The translations under genes were made by a program, and so were the position numbers. The notes beneath the pieces are model-generated. The model had not been told where the DNA came from. It ran no database searches and worked only from the letters and a program-made list of their open reading frames with translations. Positions 25,606 through 35,320 of a DNA stretch of 48,705 nt are shown here, in pieces. Where the stretch lies: positions 1-48,705 of the forward strand of contig JAFGOC010000134.1 of assembly GCA_016926705.1 (NCBI GenBank), given 5' to 3'. Source of the DNA: Dehalococcoidales bacterium. Lineage in GTDB: Bacteria; Chloroflexota; Dehalococcoidia; Dehalococcoidales; RBG-16-60-22. Position 1 is the first letter of the stretch; every line of letters starts with the position of its first letter.

Positions 25606-27792
25606 TCACTCAACTTCAATATATTCACTGGCAAAAATTACTGGCTGCATTTTTTTAGGAGCTACCATTACTGGCCACCAGAAAGGTGAATCCATCCAAT
25701 CTTGTTCTTTTAACCCTTCTTGTCGTAATAAAATCAACGCAGGTTCATCGATAGCTATCTGATAAGCTACCCCAAGTTCATCTTGAGGTGTGTCTGGTGC
25801 ATCAGAAAAAGTTATTCCGTCCTTTCTAAATCGGGAAATTTTTCTTCCAGTTCGTACTATACACCATACCTTACCTTTAGTTTTGGGATTATTACTATTC
25901 TTTGATAAAAATTCAAGACTTGCCTTAAATGATTCAACATCCCACTCCCAATTAGGCTCATATACAAACATACTATCTATCATATCAATAATTAAATGCG
26001 CAGTATCAAGATCTATAATAAATGGTTTATTTTTATCACGAGCAGGTATTTTACTTAGGATAAAATCATCGAGTTTATCTAAGGTGCTCCTGATTTTTGA
26101 TTTATAGTCTGTTTGAAAACCAATAGGTAACATCCTTTTATTTGGTGTTATGGTTACAGTCGATGAAATTAATATCTTATGTGGACTGCATGGAATTAAT
26201 TTATTAGATGTGTCTTTGTGAATGAATACCACTCCTTTTTGCGCTCCTTTTTCAAAACCTTCTCTTAAAGCATTATCAAATTCATTTATTCTTCCCATTA
26301 TTGAATATATTGCTAAGGCTGTATAAAATCGAGTCACTGTAAGATCTTCTTTAGTGCGATATCCAAACATTCTTGAATGCTGTAATACAGTATCTTGTTG
26401 AAATCTACCAGGCCTTCTACCATAATAAAAACCTATTAAATTTCGTATTGTTACTCCTCTGTCAAGTATTTGCCCACCGATAAAAATATTGAGCGGAGCT
26501 GTCCTCTCTAGTTCTCCATTATCATCAAGTAATTGCTCCACTTCGGTTTCAGAATTAACTTTTCTTATCATTACACAATCATCTTTTAGTGCAGTTACAA
26601 CTTCTTCAAACACTTCCTTAAAAGGTGGCATTTTATCAACAATCCTAATAGATGCAGATAGATCCTCATATGATTTGCGTACAAGTTCAGCTAAAAGAGG
26701 CTTATTATTATGTGCACTATATATAAAAAGGTCCTTTAATTTATCAACTATCTGTATTTGCCATTCATGAGATTGCTTACCACGTTCAGTATGTACAACA
26801 AAACAATATTTTTGAATCCTTTCTTTAGCCTTCCTTTGTTGTAACCATCTAATACAAGCTCCTACGATAAAATTCATGATTCCAATTCTTATTATTTCAA
26901 TTTTATTATGAGATAGAGCTTCTTCTAATTTAAAGATTCTTCTATCTTCTTTTTTCAAAGCTATTAGCTCTTCTTCAAAAATCTCTTCATAAACATAGTA
27001 TGCTATTGTATTTTCTTCTTTACTCTTTTTAAAATAGAAATCTCCTCCGATATATCCTTCATAAATAGGAAGTAAAACTGTAAAAGCTGGCCGAATAGGT
27101 TCAAAAATAAATTGTTGTGTTTTAACACTAATATTAGATTCATCCGGTTGCAAATACAGAGAATAAGGTGTGGCAGTTACCTGCAAGAAGTCAGATTTTT
27201 CTACTTTTTTTCTTAATTCATCTATCTGAGAAGCTATTCTATTTAACTCAATTATTCCCTCTTTCCTATTTCTCGTAAATCCAATACTAGCAAAATCAGC
27301 TTCATCATCAATTATAAGTACTTTCCTATTACTTAAATCTGAATAGGTACTAACAATTGCTCTTATAGTTCGTTCTAAATTATTCGTCTCCTTTTTAACA
27401 ATCATCACTATTTTTCTTTTTAAAACCCATCCAGACAGGCCTTCAGGAATATGTAGAATATCATAAAGTCTTATCATATCGTCATCAATAAATTCACGAT
27501 AATCCTCTTTTAATCTTGCATATGTTTGTCGAGCAAGTGCTTTTGTACCCTTAGTTAATATAATTGCCATATCATATTCATTATCAAAAGCAAGTGCTAT
27601 TATGCCTATAAAAGCCCTTGTTTTTCCTCCCTGTATATTACCTAGAAGCATCCCAGGTTTGTGCATATCAGTTTCACTATCCAGGAGTTTTTGTATGGTT
27701 TCCTCCATACATAATTTAAGGGCATCAGAATCTTGTCTTTTTGAAGTCAGAGTATTGTAGAAATCTCCCTTGATTAAGGTTATTCCTTTCAT
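25606..27792 (-). CDS. Z1-domain SF2 helicase-like protein
   Basis: GNIQGGKT (Walker A), IIDDEAD (Walker B), TATP, GGQILDRGVTI, DTVLQHSRMFGYR; GGAGGTGA RBS before the ATG at 27792; strongly AT-rich. Confidence 0.85.
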   Translation of the reverse strand: MKGITLIKGDFYNTLTSKRQDSDALKLCMEETIQKLLDSETDMHKPGMLLGNIQGGKTRAFIGIIALAFDNEYDMAIILTKGTKALARQTYARLKEDYREFIDDDMIRLYDILHIPEGLSGWVLKRKIVMIVKKETNNLERTIRAIVSTYSDLSNRKVLIIDDEADFASIGFTRNRKEGIIELNRIASQIDELRKKVEKSDFLQVTATPYSLYLQPDESNISVKTQQFIFEPIRPAFTVLLPIYEGYIGGDFYFKKSKEENTIAYYVYEEIFEEELIALKKEDRRIFKLEEALSHNKIEIIRIGIMNFIVGACIRWLQQRKAKERIQKYCFVVHTERGKQSHEWQIQIVDKLKDLFIYSAHNNKPLLAELVRKSYEDLSASIRIVDKMPPFKEVFEEVVTALKDDCVMIRKVNSETEVEQLLDDNGELERTAPLNIFIGGQILDRGVTIRNLIGFYYGRRPGRFQQDTVLQHSRMFGYRTKEDLTVTRFYTALAIYSIMGRINEFDNALREGFEKGAQKGVVFIHKDTSNKLIPCSPHKILISSTVTITPNKRMLPIGFQTDYKSKIRSTLDKLDDFILSKIPARDKNKPFIIDLDTAHLIIDMIDSMFVYEPNWEWDVESFKASLEFLSKNSNNPKTKGKVWCIVRTGRKISRFRKDGITFSDAPDTPQDELGVAYQIAIDEPALILLRQEGLKEQDWMDSPFWWPVMVAPKKMQPVIFASEYIEVE

Positions 27793-27802
27793 AATCACCT
27801 CC

Positions 27803-30604
27803 CTATCTTCCGCAGCAGTGCTTGTATTTTTTACCGGAGCCGCAGGGGCAGGGGTCGTTGCGGCCGATTTTCTTACCATGTGCTTTTGCACGGGTGCGGG
27901 GCTTGGTATCACCTTTCGAACCCAGATTAGCCTCTGCCATGGGGGACTGGGGGGCTTTTTCAGCGCGCTGGGCGAGGCCGACGTGGAAGATGACGCTGGC
28001 GACCTCGTGCTGGATGCTCTCTTTTAGCTCTCCAAACTTCTGGTGGCCGGACATTTTATAGGCGTCGGCGGACTTCACCTGACGGAGGGTCTGCCAGCCC
28101 GCCTGGAGTCGCTCCTGCTCCATGGCGGTAAGGTGCTCCACCCACAACCTATCGATGACCTGGAGCATGACGAGACGCTCCAGAAGTCGGGCTTTTTCCG
28201 GGCCGAGGTCTTTTTCCCGCAGCTCGTAGAGAGAGACGGAAAGCTCGACGAGCTCTTTTTCTATGTCTTTCTCACTCTTGCCCTCAAAAGCCCTGGCGTT
28301 GACATCGCGGGGGAGGGGCATAATGCGGCTGACGTCCTTAAGCATGGCGGTGATATCGGCGCCCTCGCCGAACCGTCCGTTGAGATGGGTGGCGATTACG
28401 GCGTCGATTTCATTCTGCACGTACTCCAGGATATTTGCCTTGAGGTCGGCGCCGGAGAGGATTTTACGCCGTTCCTCATAGATAAGCTCGCGGTGTTTAT
28501 TGACAACATCGTCGTACTCCACCAGGTTTTTACGAATATCGAAGTGATAGCCCTCGACGCGCTTCTGGACATCGGTAATCATGCCGGTAAGCATCTTGTG
28601 CTGGATGGGAGTATCCTCTTCCATGCCGAGAAAGCCCATGACACCTTTAAGACGGTCGCCGCCGAAACGCCGCATGATGTCGTCTTCAAGCGAGATATAA
28701 AAGCGCGAATAACCGGGGTCGCCCTGGCGTCCCGCACGACCACGCAGCTGGTTATCGATACGGCGGGCCTCATGGCGCTCCGTGCCGACAATGTGGAGTC
28801 CGCCAAGCTCGATGATTTTATCGTGCTGCTTCTGCCAGTCGACGAGGTCTTTTTCATACTGCTTGAGGGCGGCGGGGTCGTTAGAATCAGGCTTCTCCGG
28901 TTTACGGCCGCCCAGCACGATATCCACGCCGCGGCCGGCCATGTTGGTAGCGACGGTCACCATGCCCGGACGACCGGCGTTGGCGATAATCTCACCCTCG
29001 CGGGTATGCTCTTTAGCGTTAAGGACCTGGCAGGTAATGCCCTGCCGCTTGAGCAAGCCGCTCAACAGTTCCGACTTTTCAATAGAGACAGTACCGACAA
29101 GCACTGGGGTGCCTCTATCATGGAGCTCCTTGATATCCTGCACCACGGCCTTAAATTTGCCGTCCTCTGTCTTATAAATAAAGTCGGGGTTGTCCTCACG
29201 CACCATGGGTTTATGGGTAGGGATTTCCGTGACTTCCAGCTTATAGATTTTGTAAAATTCTTCCGCCTCGGTGGCAGCGGTGCCGGTCATGCCGGCCAGT
29301 TTTTCATACATGCGGAAGTAGTTCTGGATGGTGATGGTGGCGTAGGTCATGGACTCGCGCTGGACCTTTACGTGCTCCTTGGCCTCGATGGCCTGGTGGA
29401 GGCCCTCCGAGTAGCGCCGGCCGTACATCTTACGCCCGGTAAACTCATCGACGATAACGATTTCGCCATTATTCTCGACGACATACTGGCGGTCGCGGTG
29501 GTACAGGGCTTGGGCGGTCAGCGATTGACGGAAGACAGACTGGATAAGATTTATCTTCCTAGCTTCTTCAATACTCAATTGGGGATTTTCGGCGGTGGCC
29601 TCACCGCCGAAAAGGTCCTCGACTTTCATGCGGAAAGCACGGGCCAGCTTTTCCTGGCCGCGCGCCGTAGGCTCAACGTAATGGTCTTTTTCATAGGCTA
29701 TATAGTCGACCGTGTTTTTCAGGTTCTCCAGCTCTTCTTTTTCCTCGTAATTGTGCGATTTGGGCTCAAAAGGCAATACCTTACCGGACATACGGGCGAC
29801 GACATCGTTAACAGCCTTATAGAGCTGGCCGGTATCCTGGGCGGGACCGCTGATGATAAGCGGCGTGCGAGCCTCGTCAATTAAGAGGTTATCCACCTCG
29901 TCGACGATGGCGTAGTACAAAGGGCGCTGGACGCACCGCGAGAGGTCGACGACCATATTGTCCCTCAAGAAATCGAAGCCAAACTCCGAGGAGGTGCCAT
30001 AAGTAATATCGGCCTGATAAGCCTCCGCGCGGGAAATGGTACGGAAGTGGCGCCAGATATCATTCTCCTTGCCGGAGTCATAAGAGGGGTCGTAGAGGCG
30101 GGCGGGGGTATGGTCAGGGTCATCCTTCTGCATGGGATAGATGCTGGCGACGGAAACACCCAGGGCTTGATAGATAGGCCCCATCCAGTAGGGGTCGCGC
30201 CGCGCCAAGTAATCGTTAACGGTGACGAGATGGGCACCGTAGCCAGCCAGGGAATTAAGGTAAAGGGGCAGGGTGGCTACCAGAGTCTTGCCTTCGCCGG
30301 TCTTCATCTCGGCGATTTTGCCCTGGTGCAGGGTAACGCCGCCCAGAAGCTGGACATCATAGTGGCGCTGGCCGATGGTGCGACGGGCGGCCTCGCGGAC
30401 GGCGGCGAAAGCCTCGGGGAGGAGGTCGTCCAGCGATTCGCCTTCCTCATACCGCTTTTTAAACTCGGCGGTCTTTGCCTTAAGAGCTTCGTCGGTAAGC
30501 GCCTGTAACTCCGGCTCCAGCGCATTTATCTCGTCGACATAGGGGCGGAGCCGCTTAAGCTCCTTCTCATTAGAATCGAACAGGTGGCCGAATAACTTAA
30601 CCAT
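27803..30604 (-). CDS. secA: Preprotein translocase subunit SecA
   Basis: EMKTGEGKT, DEVD, ATNMAGRG, RIDNQLRGRAGRQGDPG, C-terminal GRNDPCPCGSGKKYKHCC. Confidence 0.98.
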   Translation of the reverse strand: MVKLFGHLFDSNEKELKRLRPYVDEINALEPELQALTDEALKAKTAEFKKRYEEGESLDDLLPEAFAAVREAARRTIGQRHYDVQLLGGVTLHQGKIAEMKTGEGKTLVATLPLYLNSLAGYGAHLVTVNDYLARRDPYWMGPIYQALGVSVASIYPMQKDDPDHTPARLYDPSYDSGKENDIWRHFRTISRAEAYQADITYGTSSEFGFDFLRDNMVVDLSRCVQRPLYYAIVDEVDNLLIDEARTPLIISGPAQDTGQLYKAVNDVVARMSGKVLPFEPKSHNYEEKEELENLKNTVDYIAYEKDHYVEPTARGQEKLARAFRMKVEDLFGGEATAENPQLSIEEARKINLIQSVFRQSLTAQALYHRDRQYVVENNGEIVIVDEFTGRKMYGRRYSEGLHQAIEAKEHVKVQRESMTYATITIQNYFRMYEKLAGMTGTAATEAEEFYKIYKLEVTEIPTHKPMVREDNPDFIYKTEDGKFKAVVQDIKELHDRGTPVLVGTVSIEKSELLSGLLKRQGITCQVLNAKEHTREGEIIANAGRPGMVTVATNMAGRGVDIVLGGRKPEKPDSNDPAALKQYEKDLVDWQKQHDKIIELGGLHIVGTERHEARRIDNQLRGRAGRQGDPGYSRFYISLEDDIMRRFGGDRLKGVMGFLGMEEDTPIQHKMLTGMITDVQKRVEGYHFDIRKNLVEYDDVVNKHRELIYEERRKILSGADLKANILEYVQNEIDAVIATHLNGRFGEGADITAMLKDVSRIMPLPRDVNARAFEGKSEKDIEKELVELSVSLYELREKDLGPEKARLLERLVMLQVIDRLWVEHLTAMEQERLQAGWQTLRQVKSADAYKMSGHQKFGELKESIQHEVASVIFHVGLAQRAEKAPQSPMAEANLGSKGDTKPRTRAKAHGKKIGRNDPCPCGSGKKYKHCCGR

Positions 30605-30662
30605 TTTTTATACACTTCATTTTTTCGATATGTATTAAACTATAATTTTCCTATTCCCTTAT

Positions 30663-30745
30663 ACCTCTCCCCCTGTGTCCTCCTCTCCTTTGAAGGAGAG
30701 GAGGAGGATTGCGAAGAGGGGCTGCGCCCCTCTTAGACGCCCCGT
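30663..30745. repeat. REP-like double hairpin
   Basis: tcctcctctcc-tttgaa-ggagaggagga followed by aagaggggctgcgcccctctt; related to 32567-32684. Confidence 0.6.
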
Positions 30746-30753
30746 TTTTATTT

Positions 30754-30975
30754 TCATTCTTTGTTTATCAACTCTTTAGCTTTATCTGCGAGGGATTCAA
30801 GAACCATTATCTTGACCTCGCCCATGCCGTCGACAGTAAACAGATGCACCGAGGGAGCGGCGTTGGACTTTAAAAAGCAGGGGATATCATAGCTTTCCAG
30901 GAGGCTTTTAATGACCTGCGCCTCCATATCATTGCGGGCGTCATAGACTTCTACCATTTTCTCGTTACTTTTCAA
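30754..30975 (-). CDS. DUF2007 / putative signal-transducing small protein
   Basis: EAQVIKSLLESYDIPC...GEVKIMV....ADKAKELI pattern. Confidence 0.75.
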   Translation of the reverse strand: MKSNEKMVEVYDARNDMEAQVIKSLLESYDIPCFLKSNAAPSVHLFTVDGMGEVKIMVLESLADKAKELINKE

Positions 30976-31906
30976 ACATGGCTCCTATGGACTGGCCGGT
31001 GTGTATACGCTTGATAGCCTCACCGAGGAGGGGGGCGATGGACAAGACGGTTACTTTATCCGAGATTTTCCCGTCCTTGATGGGGACGGTGTTGGTGACG
31101 ACGACCTTTTTTACCTGGCTGGCCGCAATTCTGTCCACGGCGGGGCCGGAGAAAATGGGGTGCGTGCAGCAGGCATAGACCTCGCGGGCGCCCCGCTCTA
31201 CCAGCGTGGCAATCACCCCGACGAGCGAGCCGGCGGTATCAATTTCATCGTCCACGATAAGGGCGGTCTTGCCTTTTACGTCACCGATGACATTCAATGT
31301 TTCTGTTTTATCAACGTTACCGATGCGCCTTTTTTCCATGATAGCCAGGGGGGCATTGAGCCTGGAGGCGACATCGCGGGCGCGTTTGGTGGCGCCGATA
31401 TCCGCGGCCACCACCACCAGATCTTTAAACCCGTTTTTCTTAAAATAGTCGCTCAAGAGATAGACAGCGGTCAACTCATCCACGGGTATGTTGAAAAACC
31501 CCTGTATCTGGGCGGCATGCAGGTCGACGGTGAGGACGCGGCTGGCGCCGGCCACAGTAAGCAGGTCGGCGAACAGTCGGGCGGTAATGGGGACGCGGGG
31601 CTGGTCTTTTCTATCACTGCGCCCGTAGCCATAATAAGGTATGACGGCGGTAATACGCTTGGCCGAGGCGCGCTTGAAGGCGTCTATCATAATTAGGAGT
31701 TCCATCAGATTGCAGTTAACCGGAGTCGAGATAGGCTGGACGATAAAGACATCCATTTCCCTGACGTTTTCCAGGATGCGGACGAAGGTGTTCTCATTGC
31801 TGAACTGCATGACCTCGCAGTTGCCGACGGATATGCCTAAATAGTCCGTGATTTCCTTTGCCAACCGGGGGTGAGCATTACCGCTGAAAACCTTAAGCTC
31901 ATCCAT
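30965..31906 (-). CDS. prs: Ribose-phosphate pyrophosphokinase
   Basis: FSGNAHP, PYYGYGRSDRK, DLHAAQIQGFF, VDDEIDTAGS. Confidence 0.97.
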   Translation of the reverse strand: MDELKVFSGNAHPRLAKEITDYLGISVGNCEVMQFSNENTFVRILENVREMDVFIVQPISTPVNCNLMELLIMIDAFKRASAKRITAVIPYYGYGRSDRKDQPRVPITARLFADLLTVAGASRVLTVDLHAAQIQGFFNIPVDELTAVYLLSDYFKKNGFKDLVVVAADIGATKRARDVASRLNAPLAIMEKRRIGNVDKTETLNVIGDVKGKTALIVDDEIDTAGSLVGVIATLVERGAREVYACCTHPIFSGPAVDRIAASQVKKVVVTNTVPIKDGKISDKVTVLSIAPLLGEAIKRIHTGQSIGAMFEK

Positions 31907-32050
31907 TAGCTAAAATCTCCTCTCTTTCTCCCGAGTTTTTCCGCATTTTTATTATAGCACGATTATGCGTCAAGCTCATCCTCTTTTTATAAGAGGAAAA
32001 TCACAAATTCCAAGATACAAGCACCAAAATGAGGAGAAGAAAAACGCGGT

Positions 32051-32560
32051 TTAAATCAAGATATCCCGCAGGGTCTTGAGGTTGACGACGTCTTCCTTGT
32101 TATATTCGCAGAGTTTTTCAAGGGCATCAAGGTCAAAGGAATCAACGTATTTCCACCAGAGCTTGACAGCCTCAAAGCCGTTCATATCAGGCAGGCGACG
32201 GTTGATGCCTACCTGCTTTTCGACGCCTTTGAGTCCGCCGTGGAGATTTTTACTCCAGCAATCATACATGAGGTCGCGATGGGGGAACAGCTGCGCCAGG
32301 TTGATGCCGAATTGGGAATGAATAAAGGGTAGGTCGAAGCGGCTACCGTTATAAGTATAGATGATATCCACCCCTTCAAGAGTTTCCAAGATAGCCTCGG
32401 CGGTAATATCATGCCCTATGAACTGGAAGAATTCGGTCTGCTGGCCGCAGCAAAGATAGATACCGACGACGGTGATTTCACTGGCGCCATACATGAGACC
32501 GGTGGTCTCAATATCAATATAGGCTTCAGTTATGTTTTGTCCTGAAGGCTCGGTAGACAT
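32051..32560 (-). CDS. RNase H-like (YprB-type, DEDD) exonuclease
   Basis: YIDIETTGL, TYNGSRFDLPFI, GGLKGVEK, YNKEDV. Confidence 0.85.
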   Translation of the reverse strand: MSTEPSGQNITEAYIDIETTGLMYGASEITVVGIYLCCGQQTEFFQFIGHDITAEAILETLEGVDIIYTYNGSRFDLPFIHSQFGINLAQLFPHRDLMYDCWSKNLHGGLKGVEKQVGINRRLPDMNGFEAVKLWWKYVDSFDLDALEKLCEYNKEDVVNLKTLRDILI

Positions 32561-32566
32561 TTAAGG

Positions 32567-32684
32567 CTCTCCCCCTTAATCCCCCTCTCAAACAGGATTA
32601 TAACAAATTTTCAGTGATATAACGTTTGAGAGGGGGAGGGTTAAGGAGAGGGGGCTGTGCGCCCCCTCTCGCCACGCACTCCCC
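32567..32684. repeat. REP-like long hairpin plus gagagggggctgtgcgccccctctc hairpin
   Basis: cccccttaatccccctctcaaac...gtttgagagggggagggttaagg inverted repeat. Confidence 0.6.
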
Positions 32685-32755
32685 TTTTTCAATTGAACAA
32701 AAGGTTATTATTCCAGACAGAATTAAGATTCGATACGAAATGTGTGTTCAACCAT

Positions 32756-33679
32756 TTAGGGCGGGCACTTGGCGCAAATGGAGCGGAAGAGGGTGGTGCT
32801 TAAATAGCGGTCGCCGCGGTCGGGGAGGATGACGACGATATTGCCTTTTTTCATCTTTTTAGCAGTTTCCAGAGCGCCGACAACAGCGGCGCCGCTGGAC
32901 ATGCCGGTGAAAAGCCCCTCCCGGACCGCCATCAGCCGGGTGGTCTCGAAAGCAATGCCATCCTCGACAGTAAGTTTTTCATCGCAGATTTCAGGGTTAA
33001 AGATGGCAGGCACAACGCTTTCCTGCATATTTTTAAGTCCCTGGATAGTATGTCCCAGAGTGGGTTCAACAGCGACAATTTTGATGCCGTGGATTTTTTC
33101 GCGAAGGTACCTGCCGGTGCCCATCAGCGTACCCGTCGTGCCGATGGCGCAAACAAAAACGTCGATTTTGCCCTTCATCTGACGGTATATTTCCGGGCCG
33201 GTGGTCTCGTAATGGGCAAGTGTATTATTGGGGTTATCGAACTGGTTGGGCATGAAGTATTTGCCAGGCTCGTTTTGTAAAGCCTCGTGAGCGCGACGGA
33301 TGGAGCCGTCGACGGATTCTTTAGCGGGGGTGAGGACAACCTCGGCACCAAAAGCCTGGAGGATGAGCTGCCTTTCGACGCTGACGCACTCCGGCATAAA
33401 AAGCTTGACCTTATAGCCCTTGGCGGCGCCGATCATGGCGATGGCGATGCCGGTGTTGCCGGATGTAGGCTCGATGATGGTCTTGTCTCTGGTCAGCTTG
33501 CCGGACTTCTCCGCCATGGCAATCATATAAAAGGCAGGGCGGTCTTTAATAGAGCCGCCGGGGTTATTGCCCTCCAGCTTGGCGTAAATTTTTACGCCAG
33601 CCTGGCCGTTAAGGTTGGTAAGCTGCACCAGCGGGGTGTTGCCGATAGCGCCGAGGACGTTAATATTGCCGTTTTTCAT
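32756..33679 (-). CDS. cysM: Cysteine synthase (CysM-like)
   Basis: IGNTPLV, NPGGSIKDR, PTSGNTG, GTTGT, PDRGDRYLST. Confidence 0.85.
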   Translation of the reverse strand: MKNGNINVLGAIGNTPLVQLTNLNGQAGVKIYAKLEGNNPGGSIKDRPAFYMIAMAEKSGKLTRDKTIIEPTSGNTGIAIAMIGAAKGYKVKLFMPECVSVERQLILQAFGAEVVLTPAKESVDGSIRRAHEALQNEPGKYFMPNQFDNPNNTLAHYETTGPEIYRQMKGKIDVFVCAIGTTGTLMGTGRYLREKIHGIKIVAVEPTLGHTIQGLKNMQESVVPAIFNPEICDEKLTVEDGIAFETTRLMAVREGLFTGMSSGAAVVGALETAKKMKKGNIVVILPDRGDRYLSTTLFRSICAKCPP

Positions 33680-33720
33680 ACGAATTCACCCTAAGAAAAT
33701 TATATCACTTCAAAGGCGGG

Positions 33721-34965
33721 TTAATCATCAATGCCGGGAACGGGGAAGCAGCGACAGATTGCCGCCACCTGCTGCCTGACTTCTTCAATAACTTTTTCTT
33801 TATCGATGTTCCTAATGACCTTTACAACAAGCGCCGCGATTTGCCGCATTTCCTCTTTGCCTAAGCCGCGGGCGGTGGCGGCGGGCGTACCCAGCCTGAT
33901 ACCGCTGGTCACGGCCGGGGGACGGGAATCGAAAGGAATTGTGTTTTTGTTGGTGATAATACCGGCGGCGTCAAGGGTTTTTTCCGCCTGCCTGCCGGTA
34001 ACGCCGAAAGCAGAAAGGTCGACGAGGACGAGGTGATTGTCCGTCCCGCCGGATACGAGGCGAAGTCCCTGATTTTGCAGTTCTGCGGCGAGGGCACGGG
34101 CGTTTTCCAGAATTGCCTTCTGATAGTCGATAAAAGAAGGCTGCATGGCCTCGTAGAGGGCAACCGCTTTGCCGGCGACGGCGTGCATAAGGGGCTTGCC
34201 TTGCGTTTCCGGAAAGACCGCGGAATCAATGGCGCGGGCATACTCCTGCTTGCAGAGTATCAAGCCGCCGCTGGTGCCGCGCAGGGTCTTATGCGTGGTG
34301 GTGGTAACGACATCGGCGTAGGGGATGGGAGTGGGGTGCAGACCGGCGGCGACCAGTCCGGCAATGTGCGCCATATCCACCATCAGCTTAGCGCCAACGG
34401 AGTCGGCGATACGTTTAAATCTTTCGAAGTCGATAATGCGGGGATAGGCAGTGAATCCGGCGAGGATTACCCTGGGCTTGTGCTGTTTTGCCAGCTTCTC
34501 CACTTCCGGGAAGTCGATACGCTCGGTCTCACGGTTGACGTGGTAATGGACGAATTTATACGACCGACCGGAAAAGGTAACCGGCGAGCCGTGGGTGAGA
34601 TGGCCGCCGTGGGCAAGGTCCATGGCCATTACGGTATCACCGTAGTCCATCAAAGCGAAATATGCCGCCATGTTAGCCTGCGAGCCGCTATGCGGCTGGA
34701 CATTGGCGTGGTCGGCTTTGAAAAGTTCTTTGGCACGCTTGATAGCCAGCTCCTCTATGGTGTCCACATTTTCACAGCCGCCGTAGTAGCGACGGCCGGG
34801 GTAGCCCTCGGCGTACTTATAGGTGAGGAAGGAGCCCTGGGCTTCCAGGACCGCCTTGCTGGTATAGTTTTCCGAAGCGATCAGGTTTACCGTTTCTTTC
34901 TGGCGCTTCGCCTCACATTCGATAGCTTTGCTTATCTCGGGGTCGGACCGGCTTAAGAAACTCAT
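33721..34965 (-). CDS. glyA: Serine hydroxymethyltransferase
   Basis: [44 protein letters not shown]. Confidence 0.96.
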   Translation of the reverse strand: MSFLSRSDPEISKAIECEAKRQKETVNLIASENYTSKAVLEAQGSFLTYKYAEGYPGRRYYGGCENVDTIEELAIKRAKELFKADHANVQPHSGSQANMAAYFALMDYGDTVMAMDLAHGGHLTHGSPVTFSGRSYKFVHYHVNRETERIDFPEVEKLAKQHKPRVILAGFTAYPRIIDFERFKRIADSVGAKLMVDMAHIAGLVAAGLHPTPIPYADVVTTTTHKTLRGTSGGLILCKQEYARAIDSAVFPETQGKPLMHAVAGKAVALYEAMQPSFIDYQKAILENARALAAELQNQGLRLVSGGTDNHLVLVDLSAFGVTGRQAEKTLDAAGIITNKNTIPFDSRPPAVTSGIRLGTPAATARGLGKEEMRQIAALVVKVIRNIDKEKVIEEVRQQVAAICRCFPVPGIDD

Positions 34966-35137
34966 CGAAGTTAACTCCTCAAGATGGGGGTAAACATCTA
35001 CATAAGTCTATAATAGGGGAAAAGGGGTGTCAATTAGAAAAAACTAAAAGTCAAATGGTAAAAGTTAAAAACCATAACTTAAAAGCTAAAAACCACATAG
35101 CGCTGAACTTCCTTAAAAGGCACAGCAGTAAAAAGGC

Positions 35138-35166
35138 TTGACAAACCATCAACCCGTTCTTATAAT
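35138..35166 (+). promoter_or_regulatory. Consensus sigma70 promoter of pyrG-tal-rho
   Basis: TTGACA-17 bp-TATAAT, a perfect consensus. Confidence 0.8.
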
Positions 35167-35320
35167 TAAAAGAAACCCCCACCCGACGTTACAGTGTATC
35201 CCTATTTTTATAGTAGAAAAAACTTTTTCCAGAGGCACTGTGTTACCGACTCCCGAGACAACCCCCAGTAAAAATCCCCGGGATAACACTGGAATAAATC
35301 CAGGTTTATCATAAATTAGT

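Noticed and set aside
27793-27912. N-terminal 40-aa extension of the Z1 ORF
   Set aside because: It overlaps the secA Zn-binding tail; a strong RBS and the composition shift point to the ATG at 27792.
28043-29884. 613-aa ORF on + strand
   Set aside because: It is antisense to secA and has no motifs; a typical shadow ORF of a GC3-rich gene. The same applies to 34033-34956, 41908-42909, 31001-31696 and most short ORFs in the track.
35167-35320. pyrG attenuator or riboswitch in the ~150-nt leader
   Set aside because: No GGGC start and no convincing terminator hairpin with a U-tract as in the Bacillus-type mechanism.
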